Shown here: positions 20,673 to 31,121 of the stretch, piece after piece
Position numbering within the stretch: position 1 is the first letter of the stretch
How the letters are laid out: each line of letters starts with the position of its first letter
Source: a virus
Taxonomy: Duplodnaviria; Caudoviricetes
Direction: 5' to 3' (one strand)
Length of the DNA: 64,000 nucleotides
Virus record (IMG/VR): IMGVR_UViG_3300029913_000012
Location: 1-64,000 of that record
Made by a program: the position numbers and the translations under genes
Notes under the pieces: generated by a model
Told to the model about the DNA's origin: nothing
Seen by the model: the letters and a program-made list of their open reading frames with translations, nothing else
Database searches by the model: none

Positions 20673-21059
20673 ATGATTACTAAATTTAAAATATTTGAGC
20701 AACAACAAGAGCTAAATTGGAAATTAATTTTAGATATTTCCAAAATTTGGAATGATTCATTATATGAAAATATTAATGAATTAACAAAATTTAATGAAAA
20801 TTATATTAATTTTTTAAATAATCAAAAAGATTTAATAATTGAACAAACATCTCAAAATTCATGGGTTAAATTACAAGAATTAATAGAAAGAATGACTAAA
20901 AATAAAGATAAAATTGAAGAAAGTACTTCTGTTTGGGATGATATTTATGATTGGGCGGATAGCAATATGGTTGAAATTAAAACTGGAGATAAAATATCAA
21001 CAGAAAATTCCGAAGGTGCAGAATTACCTTCGAATACAGAAATAAAGCCAGATTTTTAA
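20673..21059 (+). CDS. putative internal head protein (MITKFKIFE leader)
   Basis: Shared leader. Confidence 0.6.
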   Translation: MITKFKIFEQQQELNWKLILDISKIWNDSLYENINELTKFNENYINFLNNQKDLIIEQTSQNSWVKLQELIERMTKNKDKIEESTSVWDDIYDWADSNMVEIKTGDKISTENSEGAELPSNTEIKPDF

Positions 21060-21061
21060 TT

Positions 21062-21328
21062 ATGATAATAAAATTTAAATTATTTGAATCAATAAATAGA
21101 CGATTAAAAATAGGTGATTTTATAACAACAGATAAAAATCATACTAATAGTTATGTGAAAGTTAAGCCATATGAAATAGGAAAGTTATATAATATTTCTG
21201 GAGGTGATCATTACTGGTTTTCATATGATGGAGGTAAAATATGTATTGATATAGAAGATATTTTATTATGGTCTGAAAATAAAGAAGAATTAGAATTGAT
21301 GATAAATACTCAAAAATATAATATATGA
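21062..21328 (+). CDS. putative internal head protein
   Basis: MIIKFKLFE leader; ends WSENKEELELMINTQKYNI. Confidence 0.6.
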   Translation: MIIKFKLFESINRRLKIGDFITTDKNHTNSYVKVKPYEIGKLYNISGGDHYWFSYDGGKICIDIEDILLWSENKEELELMINTQKYNI

Positions 21329-21660
21329 TAACAAAATTTAAATTATTTGAAAATATTAGTACATCACCAAAAATTGGAGATTATGTTATAATTAATGAAG
21401 TGGAGTTTTCATTTAGTAGTAAAGTTTTTTATGAGTTTATAAAATCAAATATTGGTAAAATTGAAAGTACTTATATATCTCACGGAGGAACTGAAAAATT
21501 TTATGTGATTAGATTTGATTTAAAAATAATACCAGATTTGATTGTAACTATGTTTAATAAAGATGGTGATAGAAGCTTTAATTTTTCAGATTTAAAATTT
21601 TGGTCTAGTAATAAAGAAGAATTAGAAATATTAATAAACTCTAAAAAATATAACATATGA
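21325..21660 (+). CDS. putative internal head protein, paralog of the previous gene
   Basis: MITKFKLFE leader; KIGDY; ends WSSNKEELEILINSKKYNI. Confidence 0.6.
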   Translation: MITKFKLFENISTSPKIGDYVIINEVEFSFSSKVFYEFIKSNIGKIESTYISHGGTEKFYVIRFDLKIIPDLIVTMFNKDGDRSFNFSDLKFWSSNKEELEILINSKKYNI

Positions 21661-21941
21661 TATATTTAAAATATTTTGAAAGTAAAAATAGTATATGGTT
21701 AGCTATCACTTCTGATTATGAAGATGATGAATATATTTATTTTGATGCTTGGGAAACAAACAATGAAGATGAAGATGGAGAAGTTATAGCAAAAATAGAT
21801 ATCAATAAAGAAAAAATTATTTATATTGATGATAGGGCGAAAATTGATAATTATGCTCAGGAGGAAATAAGAAATGTGATTAATACATACTTTACACCAG
21901 AAAAAAGACTTGAAATTAGTATAAGAAAATATAATTTATAA
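21657..21941 (+). CDS. putative internal head protein
   Basis: MIYLKYFE leader; ends KYNL. Confidence 0.55.
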   Translation: MIYLKYFESKNSIWLAITSDYEDDEYIYFDAWETNNEDEDGEVIAKIDINKEKIIYIDDRAKIDNYAQEEIRNVINTYFTPEKRLEISIRKYNL

Positions 21942-21943
21942 AA

Positions 21944-22579
21944 ATGATAACAAAATTTAAAATATTTGAATATTTTTCGAATGAAAATAATGAAAATATA
22001 AAAAAAGGAGTAGATTTTATATATAATCAACATCCTGAACTTAATGATATAGGAACAAAATTAGAGTACTCATCATATATAAATACTATTTTCCATAATA
22101 GTAAGATAAAAAAAATATTATTTCATTCATCTAAAAATGCTTTTGATGTATTTGATAAGAAATTTTTTGGAACTACAAGTGATGTTGGCGCATTTGGTAG
22201 AGGTTTTTATTTTTCAGAGTTTTTAGAATATTCAAAAGGATACGGATTAAACACAAAAGCTGTTGTTCTGAATATTGTTAATCCTATGAATATATTAAAT
22301 ACTCAGGAAGATGATAAATTATATTTAGGAAAATCAATAAAGGAAACATGGGGTAATGATAAAGATGGAGTTATTTTTACAGTCACAAATTGGAAAGAAT
22401 TGGCAGATTCTGGAAATCATGCAAGTATTGAAGATTTTCAAGAAATTGGATTAGGAAAAGAATCTGGTGTAATGGATGCAGTTGTAGACGAAGTGGAACA
22501 AATTCATATTCTTGGAACAAATAAAGATATTGAAAAATTCAAACAATATAAAAATTCTTATAAAAACAATAAATTATAA
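21944..22579 (+). CDS. ADP-ribosyltransferase-fold protein with leader peptide
   Basis: LFHSS..FDVFD...FGRGFYFS...YG...VLNIVNP...EQIHI resembles the ART domain of polyvalent proteins. Confidence 0.6.
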   Translation: MITKFKIFEYFSNENNENIKKGVDFIYNQHPELNDIGTKLEYSSYINTIFHNSKIKKILFHSSKNAFDVFDKKFFGTTSDVGAFGRGFYFSEFLEYSKGYGLNTKAVVLNIVNPMNILNTQEDDKLYLGKSIKETWGNDKDGVIFTVTNWKELADSGNHASIEDFQEIGLGKESGVMDAVVDEVEQIHILGTNKDIEKFKQYKNSYKNNKL

Positions 22580-22923
22580 TGATAACAAAATTTAAATTAT
22601 TCGAACAAACAGGAGGATTTGATTTAGGCGATACTGTTTTAATTATGTACAAAGTACCTAAAACTGATAAAAGAGAAGTGGTTCCAGTTAAAATAATAAC
22701 AGAAGATGGTATTCATCGTCAATTTTCATTTGATGTTGCAAATAATCCATTTCCTCATCAAAGACCTATTCCGTTTGATAATAATATGGTCATAAATAAA
22801 ACTGACTCTATCAAAGAGCCATATAAACCCGCATGGACTTCTGAGCAGCCATGCAGTACAGATTATTCACCTGCAGCTAATCCAAATCAGATTACAAATG
22901 ATTTCGTTTTACCTAATTCTTAA
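22579..22923 (+). CDS. putative internal head protein
   Basis: MITKFKLFE leader. Confidence 0.55.
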   Translation: MITKFKLFEQTGGFDLGDTVLIMYKVPKTDKREVVPVKIITEDGIHRQFSFDVANNPFPHQRPIPFDNNMVINKTDSIKEPYKPAWTSEQPCSTDYSPAANPNQITNDFVLPNS

Positions 22924-22937
22924 AAAATAATAAAGTT

Positions 22938-23753
22938 ATGTTAATAATAGAAAAAATTAAAATTAAACTAAATAATAAAAATATTAAACATTTCAAAAAA
23001 TTAGGATACGATAATAAATATGGTGAAATTATAGAAATAAACTGTAATGAATTATCTGAAAATAGTAAATTTAGAGTAAATATTATTTGTGATAGATGTG
23101 GTGAAATTAAAAATATAACATATCAAGAATATTTAAATCAACGTAAAAAATTTGATTTTGATACTTGCAATAAATGTAAATTTGAAAAAAATGATATTAC
23201 AAATTTGAAAAAATATGGTGTAAAAAATACATTTGGCTCAAAATATTTTATCGAAAAATCAAAAATAACAAAATTAGAAAAATACGGTGATGAGAATTAC
23301 AACAATATAGAAAAAACTAAGAAAACTAATTTAATAAAATATGGAACAAAATATTCATTTTTAAATGAAGAAGTTAGAAATAAAGTATTGACTTCTCATA
23401 TAAAAAGTGGATTATGGTTAAGAAAAGAAGATAGAACTGATTTTAAAAATTATTATTTAAAAGTTTACAGTGAAACATTAAAAAATAAGAAAGAATTATT
23501 AGATAATTGGAATGGTTATGATTATTATTCTAATGAATATATTTTAGATAATTTTAAATTAGACAGTAATGATAAAAAATATCCAACGATGGATCATAAA
23601 AAATCTATAAGATATGGATTTGATAATAATATATCATCTGATGAGATATCTAATATTGAAAATTTATGTATAACAACTCGTTCTAATAATTCTTCTAAAA
23701 GTAAAAAAAATGAATCTGAATTTAATATTATACAATATGATAACAAAATTTAA
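22938..23753 (+). CDS. HNH homing-endonuclease-like protein
   Basis: Shared Zn-finger/KYG N-terminus; PTMDHKKS...NLCITTRSNNSSK. Confidence 0.75.
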   Translation: MLIIEKIKIKLNNKNIKHFKKLGYDNKYGEIIEINCNELSENSKFRVNIICDRCGEIKNITYQEYLNQRKKFDFDTCNKCKFEKNDITNLKKYGVKNTFGSKYFIEKSKITKLEKYGDENYNNIEKTKKTNLIKYGTKYSFLNEEVRNKVLTSHIKSGLWLRKEDRTDFKNYYLKVYSETLKNKKELLDNWNGYDYYSNEYILDNFKLDSNDKKYPTMDHKKSIRYGFDNNISSDEISNIENLCITTRSNNSSKSKKNESEFNIIQYDNKI

Positions 23754-24162
23754 AAATTTATACGAAAAAATAGATTTAAGTGATATAAAAATTGATATTG
23801 AAAATGAAAATAATGAACTTATTGATAAATTAACTCAAGAACTTTCTATAATTACATATAGAAGAAAAAATAGTCCTAAACCAATCAGATTAACTGAAAT
23901 AAGTGGATATTTTAACAATAAAGATTTTATAAATATTAATTTAATATATAGAACATATTTAGTCATAAGCTTATCTAATGGAGATAAAGTAAAAGGAAAA
24001 CTATCTATATTCAAAGACGATAATGAAAATAATATCAATATAAAAATAAATGATAAACAAATTTATGATATTGATAATAAAAAATTTGATGATGAATTAT
24101 TAGTAGAAAAAATAATATCAAAATATAAAGAATATTTATTAGAAAAATTTAAATTAAGATGA
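23737..24162 (+). CDS. putative internal head protein (start revised to ATG 23737)
   Basis: MITKFKNLYE leader at the second Met of ORF 23710. Confidence 0.55.
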   Translation: MITKFKNLYEKIDLSDIKIDIENENNELIDKLTQELSIITYRRKNSPKPIRLTEISGYFNNKDFININLIYRTYLVISLSNGDKVKGKLSIFKDDNENNINIKINDKQIYDIDNKKFDDELLVEKIISKYKEYLLEKFKLR

Positions 24163-24178
24163 AAATAAAAAATGAAAA

Positions 24179-24505
24179 ATGAAAGAAATTAAAAAATATA
24201 CAGATTACGAACTCAATGAAGCGACTATTGAAATTGAAGGTACTGAAGAAGGAGTTTATGTTTTAACTATACATGATATTCATAATATAGTAAATAATTT
24301 TACAGATGAAGAAGTAACTGAAGAAGACATAATTGAAGAATTGTCTGATTATACATTTGTAAAAGTTGAAGATTCAGAAATTCGCGTAATTGATGATGAA
24401 GTAACTGATAATGAAATAGAAGAAGATGAATTAGCAGCAGATGGCGATATTACAGGATTAAAAGCTGATGAAGATCCAACTATGATAAAAAAATTTGAAG
24501 AATAA
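24179..24505 (+). CDS. highly acidic small protein, possible prohead core component
   Basis: E/D-rich; MKEIKKY..LNE leader; ends MIKKFEE. Confidence 0.55.
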   Translation: MKEIKKYTDYELNEATIEIEGTEEGVYVLTIHDIHNIVNNFTDEEVTEEDIIEELSDYTFVKVEDSEIRVIDDEVTDNEIEEDELAADGDITGLKADEDPTMIKKFEE

Positions 24506-24759
24506 TGAAAAAATTTACACACTTAGACGAAGATTTAATTAAAGAAAATCTTGAAGCAAAAAGACAATTTGACATAGAATATAATTTTGCTCTTGTTAAA
24601 TTAGAAACTATAAAATCATCATTAAATAATATGTCAAATAAGCAAATTAATAATCCAAGTGATTATGGTTATGTTGGAGATATTAATCATGTGACTGAAT
24701 GTTTAGATGAAATATTAAATTTTTTAATTGATTATCAACCTAAAATGTCAGCTATTTAA
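24505..24759 (+). CDS. hypothetical protein
   Basis: DYGYVGDINHV motif; leader-like N-terminus. Confidence 0.55.
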   Translation: MKKFTHLDEDLIKENLEAKRQFDIEYNFALVKLETIKSSLNNMSNKQINNPSDYGYVGDINHVTECLDEILNFLIDYQPKMSAI

Positions 24760-24777
24760 TAAAAATAAATTATAATA

Positions 24778-25176
24778 ATGTCAGATATAACAACAAAATT
24801 TGATGATTTTAAATCTAATAAGGTTAAAAAATTTGATAAATATCAAGAATATGAACCTTTATCTGATGATATTATAGCATTATCTAAATTAGATAACGGT
24901 GAATATGAAAAAGTAACTGGACCAGTTAATATAGTTCAAATTACTGGAGTAATTACAGACGAGGAAGAAATTAAAAAATTAGATGAAATAGCTGGAGGAC
25001 CTGTTCTGAATACAGATTTAAGTTTAAAACAAGTTAAGCGTGGTCAGGAACTCTGGATCACCTGTTTGCTCCAGAAACCATCGACAGCAGTTTTTAATTC
25101 CCAAACTTTAGGATGCCTAAAAGTTCGAATTATCGATATATATTATGGCTTATCTAAATTAAGTACATTGAAATAA
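24778..25176 (+). CDS. hypothetical protein
   Basis: ORF; TTKFDDF leader-like sequence. Confidence 0.55.
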   Translation: MSDITTKFDDFKSNKVKKFDKYQEYEPLSDDIIALSKLDNGEYEKVTGPVNIVQITGVITDEEEIKKLDEIAGGPVLNTDLSLKQVKRGQELWITCLLQKPSTAVFNSQTLGCLKVRIIDIYYGLSKLSTLK

Positions 25177-25192
25177 AAATAATCCTAATATT

Positions 25193-25441
25193 ATTCCTTC
25201 AAAATCTAAATCCCAGCAGAGACTTTTTGGTATGATTCATGCATATCAAAAAGGTGAATTGAAAGATGCTTCACCTACAATTAAAAAAATTGCGAAGCAT
25301 ATTAGTAAAAAAGATGCTACAGATTTTGCATCAACAAAGCATAAAGGACTTCCTAAACGTGTTAAAAAAAGTAAAAAAGAATCAAGAATTTATAATTTTG
25401 AAAAATTTGTTAACGAACAATATAAAAATGATATAAAATAA
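25193..25441 (+). CDS. DUF3008-like protein (conserved frame extends upstream of ATG 25232)
   Basis: PSKSKSQQRLFGM...DFASTKHKGLP; ATT at 25193 lies where Met is expected. Confidence 0.7.
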   Translation: MPSKSKSQQRLFGMIHAYQKGELKDASPTIKKIAKHISKKDATDFASTKHKGLPKRVKKSKKESRIYNFEKFVNEQYKNDIK

Positions 25442-25723
25442 ATGAAACATTTAAAAATATATGAATATGAATCTAAATATATTATTTTTAGTGATTTAGT
25501 TGGTAGTGGAAATATGTCAGCTACTTATCATGTGAATAAAAGTAAAGGTTTATTTCCATATGTAAAAGAAAATGGTATATTCAGAAAAATTAATATTGAT
25601 GATAAAGAGTCTATTCCTAGAAATGCAATTTGGTTGAAACCAGAACAAATTTCTAAATATAATGAACTTGCAATTAAAATAATTAAATTGAAAGAAGAAC
25701 AAAAAAATATTTTAGATTTATAA
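25442..25723 (+). CDS. putative internal head protein
   Basis: MKHLKIYE leader. Confidence 0.55.
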   Translation: MKHLKIYEYESKYIIFSDLVGSGNMSATYHVNKSKGLFPYVKENGIFRKINIDDKESIPRNAIWLKPEQISKYNELAIKIIKLKEEQKNILDL

Positions 25724-25754
25724 AAAATGACATCTAAATTAGATGTCATTTTTT
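25722..25754. terminator. bidirectional terminator (perfect palindrome)
   Basis: AAAAATGACATCTAAATTTAGATGTCATTTTT. Confidence 0.75.
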
Positions 25755-26631
25755 AAATATTTTCTGATATTATTTTTAAAATTTCTCGTGCTCTATTTAC
25801 AAATGTATGATTTTTTCTAACATAATTATATCCACTTTCTGAAATTTTATTTCTTATTTCATCATGAGTTAAATAATATTGAACTTTTTCTTGTAAATCT
25901 TGAATTGTAGTATAAACATCTAAATGTTCACTAACGTTAAATAAATTACGTAAATTTTCAGTTTCATTTGTTAATAAAAATGTCTTACATCCTAAAGTTT
26001 CAAATGTTCTATAATTTAAATCATCTGCTAAGTTTCTATTAAAATGTATTTTGTAAGAATTTATAGCTTGTACCATATCATCTCCAATAACAAATACATC
26101 TTTTTTTATATTAGGTATTGAATCAATCCAATTTGCTCGAGATATTATATTACCACAAAATCCAACATTATATTTTTTTTCAATATTTGGATTAAAGTCT
26201 ATTAAATCATCTGGATATGCATTTGGTAAATAATATGTTTTGAAATTTTTAAAATATTTTTTATGAGATTCGATTGCATTCAAAACTATATCAATTTTAT
26301 TAGAATTGCATGTCATTATATGTTCATTAGGTATCATATGTGAATCAATTGACCAAAATAATTTTAATCCTTTAAAATTAGATATATTTGGAAGCCAACC
26401 ATTATTATAATTCTCTATTAACAGAACTACATCATAATCTTTTGATATTTCATCAAATGATATATTATAATTTGGAAAATTTAATCCCCATACTGTGGAT
26501 TCAATACCTATTTTAGTAAATGCTCTATTAAAATTTAAAGACTCTCTAAAATTCTGATTTTTGATGTGTCTTCCTGCTTCTTGTATAATTAATATTTTCA
26601 TTTTTATTATTTTTAATTTATCTTGATACAC
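25753..26631 (-). CDS. GT-B glycosyltransferase (CgeB-like)
   Basis: NYRTFETLGCKTFLLT...HTFVNRA. Confidence 0.85.
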   Translation of the reverse strand: MYQDKLKIIKMKILIIQEAGRHIKNQNFRESLNFNRAFTKIGIESTVWGLNFPNYNISFDEISKDYDVVLLIENYNNGWLPNISNFKGLKLFWSIDSHMIPNEHIMTCNSNKIDIVLNAIESHKKYFKNFKTYYLPNAYPDDLIDFNPNIEKKYNVGFCGNIISRANWIDSIPNIKKDVFVIGDDMVQAINSYKIHFNRNLADDLNYRTFETLGCKTFLLTNETENLRNLFNVSEHLDVYTTIQDLQEKVQYYLTHDEIRNKISESGYNYVRKNHTFVNRAREILKIISENI

Positions 26632-27262
26632 TTGTTCCTATTGTGTAAATATATAATCTTTCTTGTATTTGATGAAATATATATCCTTTTTTTATTGCTC
26701 TGTTCCATAAATCCCAGTCTTCTATTCCTTTTGTATTATTATATCCATTTAATTCATCTAAACAAGATTTTCTAATTAACATTGATCCATGTGTTAATAT
26801 ATTTTCTTGTAATAATCTATTTTTTATTTGATCATTAGTTTCATAAGTACCTAATTTAAAACAGCTATCAAATAAATTATTATTATTTTGATATTTATTA
26901 TATGCTTGTGTGCCTAAAAAATCTACTTTATTATTATTAATATATTCTATTTGTTTTAATAATTTATCAGGCATATACAGGTCATCAGCATCTAAATATC
27001 CAATCCATTCACTACTAATATTTGATAATCCAAAATTTTTAGCAACTGATAAACCTTCTTTTTTATTATGAAATAATCTATTTATAGTAAAGTTATATAA
27101 ATTTTTTACAATATTGTTTGTATTAATCCAACATTCATCAAACACAATAAAAACATCAAATTTTTTATATGTTTGATTATTTAATGACTCTAATGCATCT
27201 AATAATAAATTATCATGTTTTTCATCTGTACTATGTACGCAAATTAATATAGATAATGTCAT
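26618..27262 (-). CDS. GT2 glycosyltransferase
   Basis: YLDADD, HGS, EDWDLW. Confidence 0.9.
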   Translation of the reverse strand: MTLSILICVHSTDEKHDNLLLDALESLNNQTYKKFDVFIVFDECWINTNNIVKNLYNFTINRLFHNKKEGLSVAKNFGLSNISSEWIGYLDADDLYMPDKLLKQIEYINNNKVDFLGTQAYNKYQNNNNLFDSCFKLGTYETNDQIKNRLLQENILTHGSMLIRKSCLDELNGYNNTKGIEDWDLWNRAIKKGYIFHQIQERLYIYTIGTSVSR

Positions 27263-27264
27263 AT

Positions 27265-28218
27265 TTACTCTTTTTTTAATTGTTCTATATATTTTACTAT
27301 ATCATTATTATTATCAAGTATTGATAATTCTTTTGTTTTATTATTAAAATATGTATATCTATTAAATAATTTTGATCTTTCTGGTGTAGTAACATCTTCT
27401 ATATTTCTTGATATTGTTAATAATCTTTCTATATTTATATCTGTTAATCCATTTAAGTTTATATCATTTTTAATAGATAAATAATTTGAACCTAAAATTT
27501 GATTTTGATTTGATAACCATTCTTCTGAGAATCCAAATACTAAATGAAAAATTAAATCCTCTATTATCATACCATAAACTCCCATACCTGGTGTTTCACC
27601 TATAATTCTATTCATTCTTAAACTTAATTTATCACCATAATCATTTAAATCTGAATATACTTGTGATACTACTCCATTATCACAACTAATGTTTATCCAA
27701 TCCTTGACTATTGGACTATATCCTGCTTTTGTATGATTTGTTGGTCTTATAAAGCCTACTTTTTCTGATATATCTTTAGCTATTGAAGTTTTACTAATTC
27801 TAAAATAATTATTTATATGCAAAAATTTACCTAATTGTTTATATGAATTGTGTAATTCTGTTTCTTTACCTACAAATGATAAATTAAATTTATTTATTAA
27901 TTTTATCGGTATATATAACCATTTATTAGATATTGGAAATGCATCGCAATCTAAAGAACAAAAATATTCAGTATCACAAATTTCTAATCCTTTATCAATA
28001 GGATATCCAGCGTCTATTTGATTTATTTTTATTATTTTTATTTGGCTATCATTATTATACAATTCTAATATTTTATTATGAATATTATCATCACTCTGAT
28101 TAGCAATTATAATTTTAGTCTGTATTTCTTGATGCTCGAATTTTTTAATTTGATTAATACAACCTTTAAGAAATTCAAATTCTTTAACAACTGGAATTAA
28201 TATTGTACAACTATACAT
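27265..28218 (-). CDS. GT-A fold glycosyltransferase
   Basis: TILIPV; SLDCDAFP (DxD). Confidence 0.7.
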   Translation of the reverse strand: MYSCTILIPVVKEFEFLKGCINQIKKFEHQEIQTKIIIANQSDDNIHNKILELYNNDSQIKIIKINQIDAGYPIDKGLEICDTEYFCSLDCDAFPISNKWLYIPIKLINKFNLSFVGKETELHNSYKQLGKFLHINNYFRISKTSIAKDISEKVGFIRPTNHTKAGYSPIVKDWINISCDNGVVSQVYSDLNDYGDKLSLRMNRIIGETPGMGVYGMIIEDLIFHLVFGFSEEWLSNQNQILGSNYLSIKNDINLNGLTDINIERLLTISRNIEDVTTPERSKLFNRYTYFNNKTKELSILDNNNDIVKYIEQLKKE

Positions 28219-28226
28219 ATTTAATA

Positions 28227-28793
28227 TTATTTTTTTATATCAATTAATACAATTGATAATTTTAAACCTGATGGATAAATAGAATTATCACCGTTTAAAA
28301 TATTAGACGGAATTTCAATTTTTTTATTTAGTATTTCTTCGAATATTTCGTTTTTTATACATGGATAATCATATGTTATTATTAATCTACCGTCATCATT
28401 AACTTGTTCTAATAAATTATTAAATGCTATTTTAGCATCATCAATACCTGGTAAATGTTCTAATGTGGATATACATAGAACTACATCATATTTATTTTTA
28501 TTTTTAGATAGTATATTATAATTAAAATAATTTTTAAATTTTTCTTTATTTAAATTAATATCAACAATATCTGAATTAAATACATTGCTACTTAAATTAT
28601 TTAATGAGTTAGCAAACTGTATATGCAATTCTTCGTTACCACAACTAGTATTATGTACACTATATTCACTATTAATATTATCTTTTAATGCTGATAATAC
28701 ATAACCCCATTCATACGGTCTTGACCAATTTATAAAATTTTTATCAATAAAACTTTCATTTTTATCAATAAATCTAAAATTAACTATTTCCAT
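28227..28793 (-). CDS. SAM-dependent methyltransferase-like protein
   Basis: WSRPYEW; YDVVLCISTLEH; GRLIITYD. Confidence 0.75.
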   Translation of the reverse strand: MEIVNFRFIDKNESFIDKNFINWSRPYEWGYVLSALKDNINSEYSVHNTSCGNEELHIQFANSLNNLSSNVFNSDIVDINLNKEKFKNYFNYNILSKNKNKYDVVLCISTLEHLPGIDDAKIAFNNLLEQVNDDGRLIITYDYPCIKNEIFEEILNKKIEIPSNILNGDNSIYPSGLKLSIVLIDIKK

Positions 28794-28795
28794 AC

Positions 28796-29791
28796 TTATT
28801 TAATTTTTTTTAATATTTCTAATATTTTATCAGAACTATATCCGTCCCCATATGGACAATTATTGTTTACTTTATAATTAAAAATATGATTTTTAAAAAT
28901 AGAATTTAAATCTTTTGGAGTATCACATAAAAAACTATTTGTTCCAATTGTTTCTGGTCTTTCTGTTATTTTTCTACACACAATTATTTTTTTGTTGAAA
29001 TAAGATGCCTCTTCTTGTAAACCACCACTATCTGATATAATTAATTTGCAATTAGAAATATAATCTATCATTTCGTCATGATTAATAGGCTCGACAATAT
29101 TTACATTTGAATTTTTAAAAATATTATAATGTGATGATACATATGGATTTGGATGTTTGAACAATATAAAATTTAAGTTTTTATATTGCTCTGATATTTC
29201 TTTTATAGCTAAAAACCAATCATTAATAATTATATGATTTTCTCTTCTATGTAAAGTAATTAAAATATTATCGTTATATGATATCGATTTAAATTTAACT
29301 AAACTATCTATTATTGTATTACCAACAACATATATTTCACCCTTTACTTTCTCATTAATTAAATTATTTTTATTTTCATTTGTAGGGCAAAAATTAATAT
29401 CAGATATTCTTGATATCATTTGTCTATATGCTTCTTCAGGATATGGATTTTCTATATCATATGTTCTCAATCCTGCTTCGAGATGTATTATTTTTTTATT
29501 ATTATTAAATGAACTAAGTGCAATTGCATATGCAGTAGCTGTATCACCTTGAATCAATACGTGAGAAAAATTGTAATTTTTAAAATTCATTAAAATCGAA
29601 CATATAATATTATTTAATCTATTTTCTGAATTATAATCAATACATATATTATAATCATAATCAAATTTTCCAATATCTTCTTGTTGTCCAGTGAATAAAA
29701 TTTTATAATCTATAATACCTTTAATCTTAACTATAATAGGTTTAATTTTTATCCATTCAGGTCTTGTGCCATAACATATTAAAAGTCTCAT
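28796..29791 (-). CDS. wecB: UDP-N-acetylglucosamine 2-epimerase
   Basis: GTRPE, QGDT, HLEAGLR, PEE, HRREN, SDSGGLQEEA, TERPE. Confidence 0.95.
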   Translation of the reverse strand: MRLLICYGTRPEWIKIKPIIVKIKGIIDYKILFTGQQEDIGKFDYDYNICIDYNSENRLNNIICSILMNFKNYNFSHVLIQGDTATAYAIALSSFNNNKKIIHLEAGLRTYDIENPYPEEAYRQMISRISDINFCPTNENKNNLINEKVKGEIYVVGNTIIDSLVKFKSISYNDNILITLHRRENHIIINDWFLAIKEISEQYKNLNFILFKHPNPYVSSHYNIFKNSNVNIVEPINHDEMIDYISNCKLIISDSGGLQEEASYFNKKIIVCRKITERPETIGTNSFLCDTPKDLNSIFKNHIFNYKVNNNCPYGDGYSSDKILEILKKIK

Positions 29792-29823
29792 TTAGTATTT
29801 TTATTTTTTATATAACTTATTTA

Positions 29824-30414
29824 TCATCTAAAAATTTCAATTGCTATCATTGATCTACCTTCAAGATAATATAAATTAGCATCATTATTAATAATATATT
29901 TTTTACATATATTAAATAATGTATATGCTGAAAACCAATACTTATGATCAGGATGCACCAATTCATGAAAATATTCATTATCATAAAACATGTTTTTAGA
30001 ATATATTTCACAATTAGGTACTGTTATAAAATAACATTTAGATTTAATTGAAAACATATCATCTAAAAATAATTTAGCATTATCAACATGCTCTAATACT
30101 TCTGGAATTAAAACTAAATCGTATGTTATATCATTAAACTCATCTAAATGACTATAATAATTTCCTTTTTTAGCATCTTTTTTTAATATATTTAAACTTT
30201 CAGAGTTTAAATCATATCCATCAACGTTTAATCCAGAGTTTAATAATTTTATATGTAAGTTTGATAATGGATCATATGCCATATAATCTGCACAACCAAC
30301 ATGTAAAATATTTTTATTTTTAAATTTTTCAATAAAAAAATGTGTTCTATCAATTTTAATTTCTTCTACTTTTAAAATTTGATTAAAAAAATTTGGATTC
30401 TTATAATCTATCAT
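29824..30414 (-). CDS. class I SAM methyltransferase
   Basis: ILHVGCAD, YDLVLIPEVLEH, ITVPN. Confidence 0.8.
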   Translation of the reverse strand: MIDYKNPNFFNQILKVEEIKIDRTHFFIEKFKNKNILHVGCADYMAYDPLSNLHIKLLNSGLNVDGYDLNSESLNILKKDAKKGNYYSHLDEFNDITYDLVLIPEVLEHVDNAKLFLDDMFSIKSKCYFITVPNCEIYSKNMFYDNEYFHELVHPDHKYWFSAYTLFNICKKYIINNDANLYYLEGRSMIAIEIFR

Positions 30415-30425
30415 ATTACTTTTTT

Positions 30426-31112
30426 TTAATTTCTCATCTCAGCATGATCTTTATCTAATGCTAATATTAATTTTTTGTATGGTATATTCCAATTTTCAGG
30501 ATAACAATAATCACAGTCTAACTCTTTGTATAAATCTGGATTGGATATTAAATATTTATTCCAATGTGATTCATCATGCCAAATAGCTATTATATCTTTA
30601 CTCATATCATCTAATATATTATTTGATAGAATTTTACATGCAGTTAAATATGCATCTTTTTTGCCACCTTGAACACCTCCACAATGATATACATAATGAC
30701 TATAATCTACATATGCATTAGATTTAATACGTCTTTCAAAAGATTGTAACAAATCTCTTCTATATCCTGGGTGTATTACAGCAATTAGATCTTTATCACC
30801 TGGTAAGAATTCATCTCCAATATAATCATTTATTAACATATCAGCATCTAAATAATATAATATATCAATGTCTTTATATTTTTCTGAATTTTTATTAAAA
30901 ATTTCAAATCTTTTTAATGTTGGCATAGGCCAAGACATATGTTCTTGATATATTTTAATTACATTATCAGATACCTCATGATCCATTATGTTAGTAAAAC
31001 AAAAAATTGTTTTTTTATGATCATTTAAAAGATATTTATTTATAGAATCTACCAAAGGATTCAAAAATTTAATATATTTATTCGTTGCTATTACTAAAAA
31101 TCCAATATTCAT
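30426..31112 (-). CDS. GT6 family glycosyltransferase (ABO/BoGT6-like)
   Basis: IATNKY, WPMPTLKRF, LDADM, HPG, WHDESHWNKY. Confidence 0.9.
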   Translation of the reverse strand: MNIGFLVIATNKYIKFLNPLVDSINKYLLNDHKKTIFCFTNIMDHEVSDNVIKIYQEHMSWPMPTLKRFEIFNKNSEKYKDIDILYYLDADMLINDYIGDEFLPGDKDLIAVIHPGYRRDLLQSFERRIKSNAYVDYSHYVYHCGGVQGGKKDAYLTACKILSNNILDDMSKDIIAIWHDESHWNKYLISNPDLYKELDCDYCYPENWNIPYKKLILALDKDHAEMRN

Positions 31113-31121
31113 ATATTTTAT

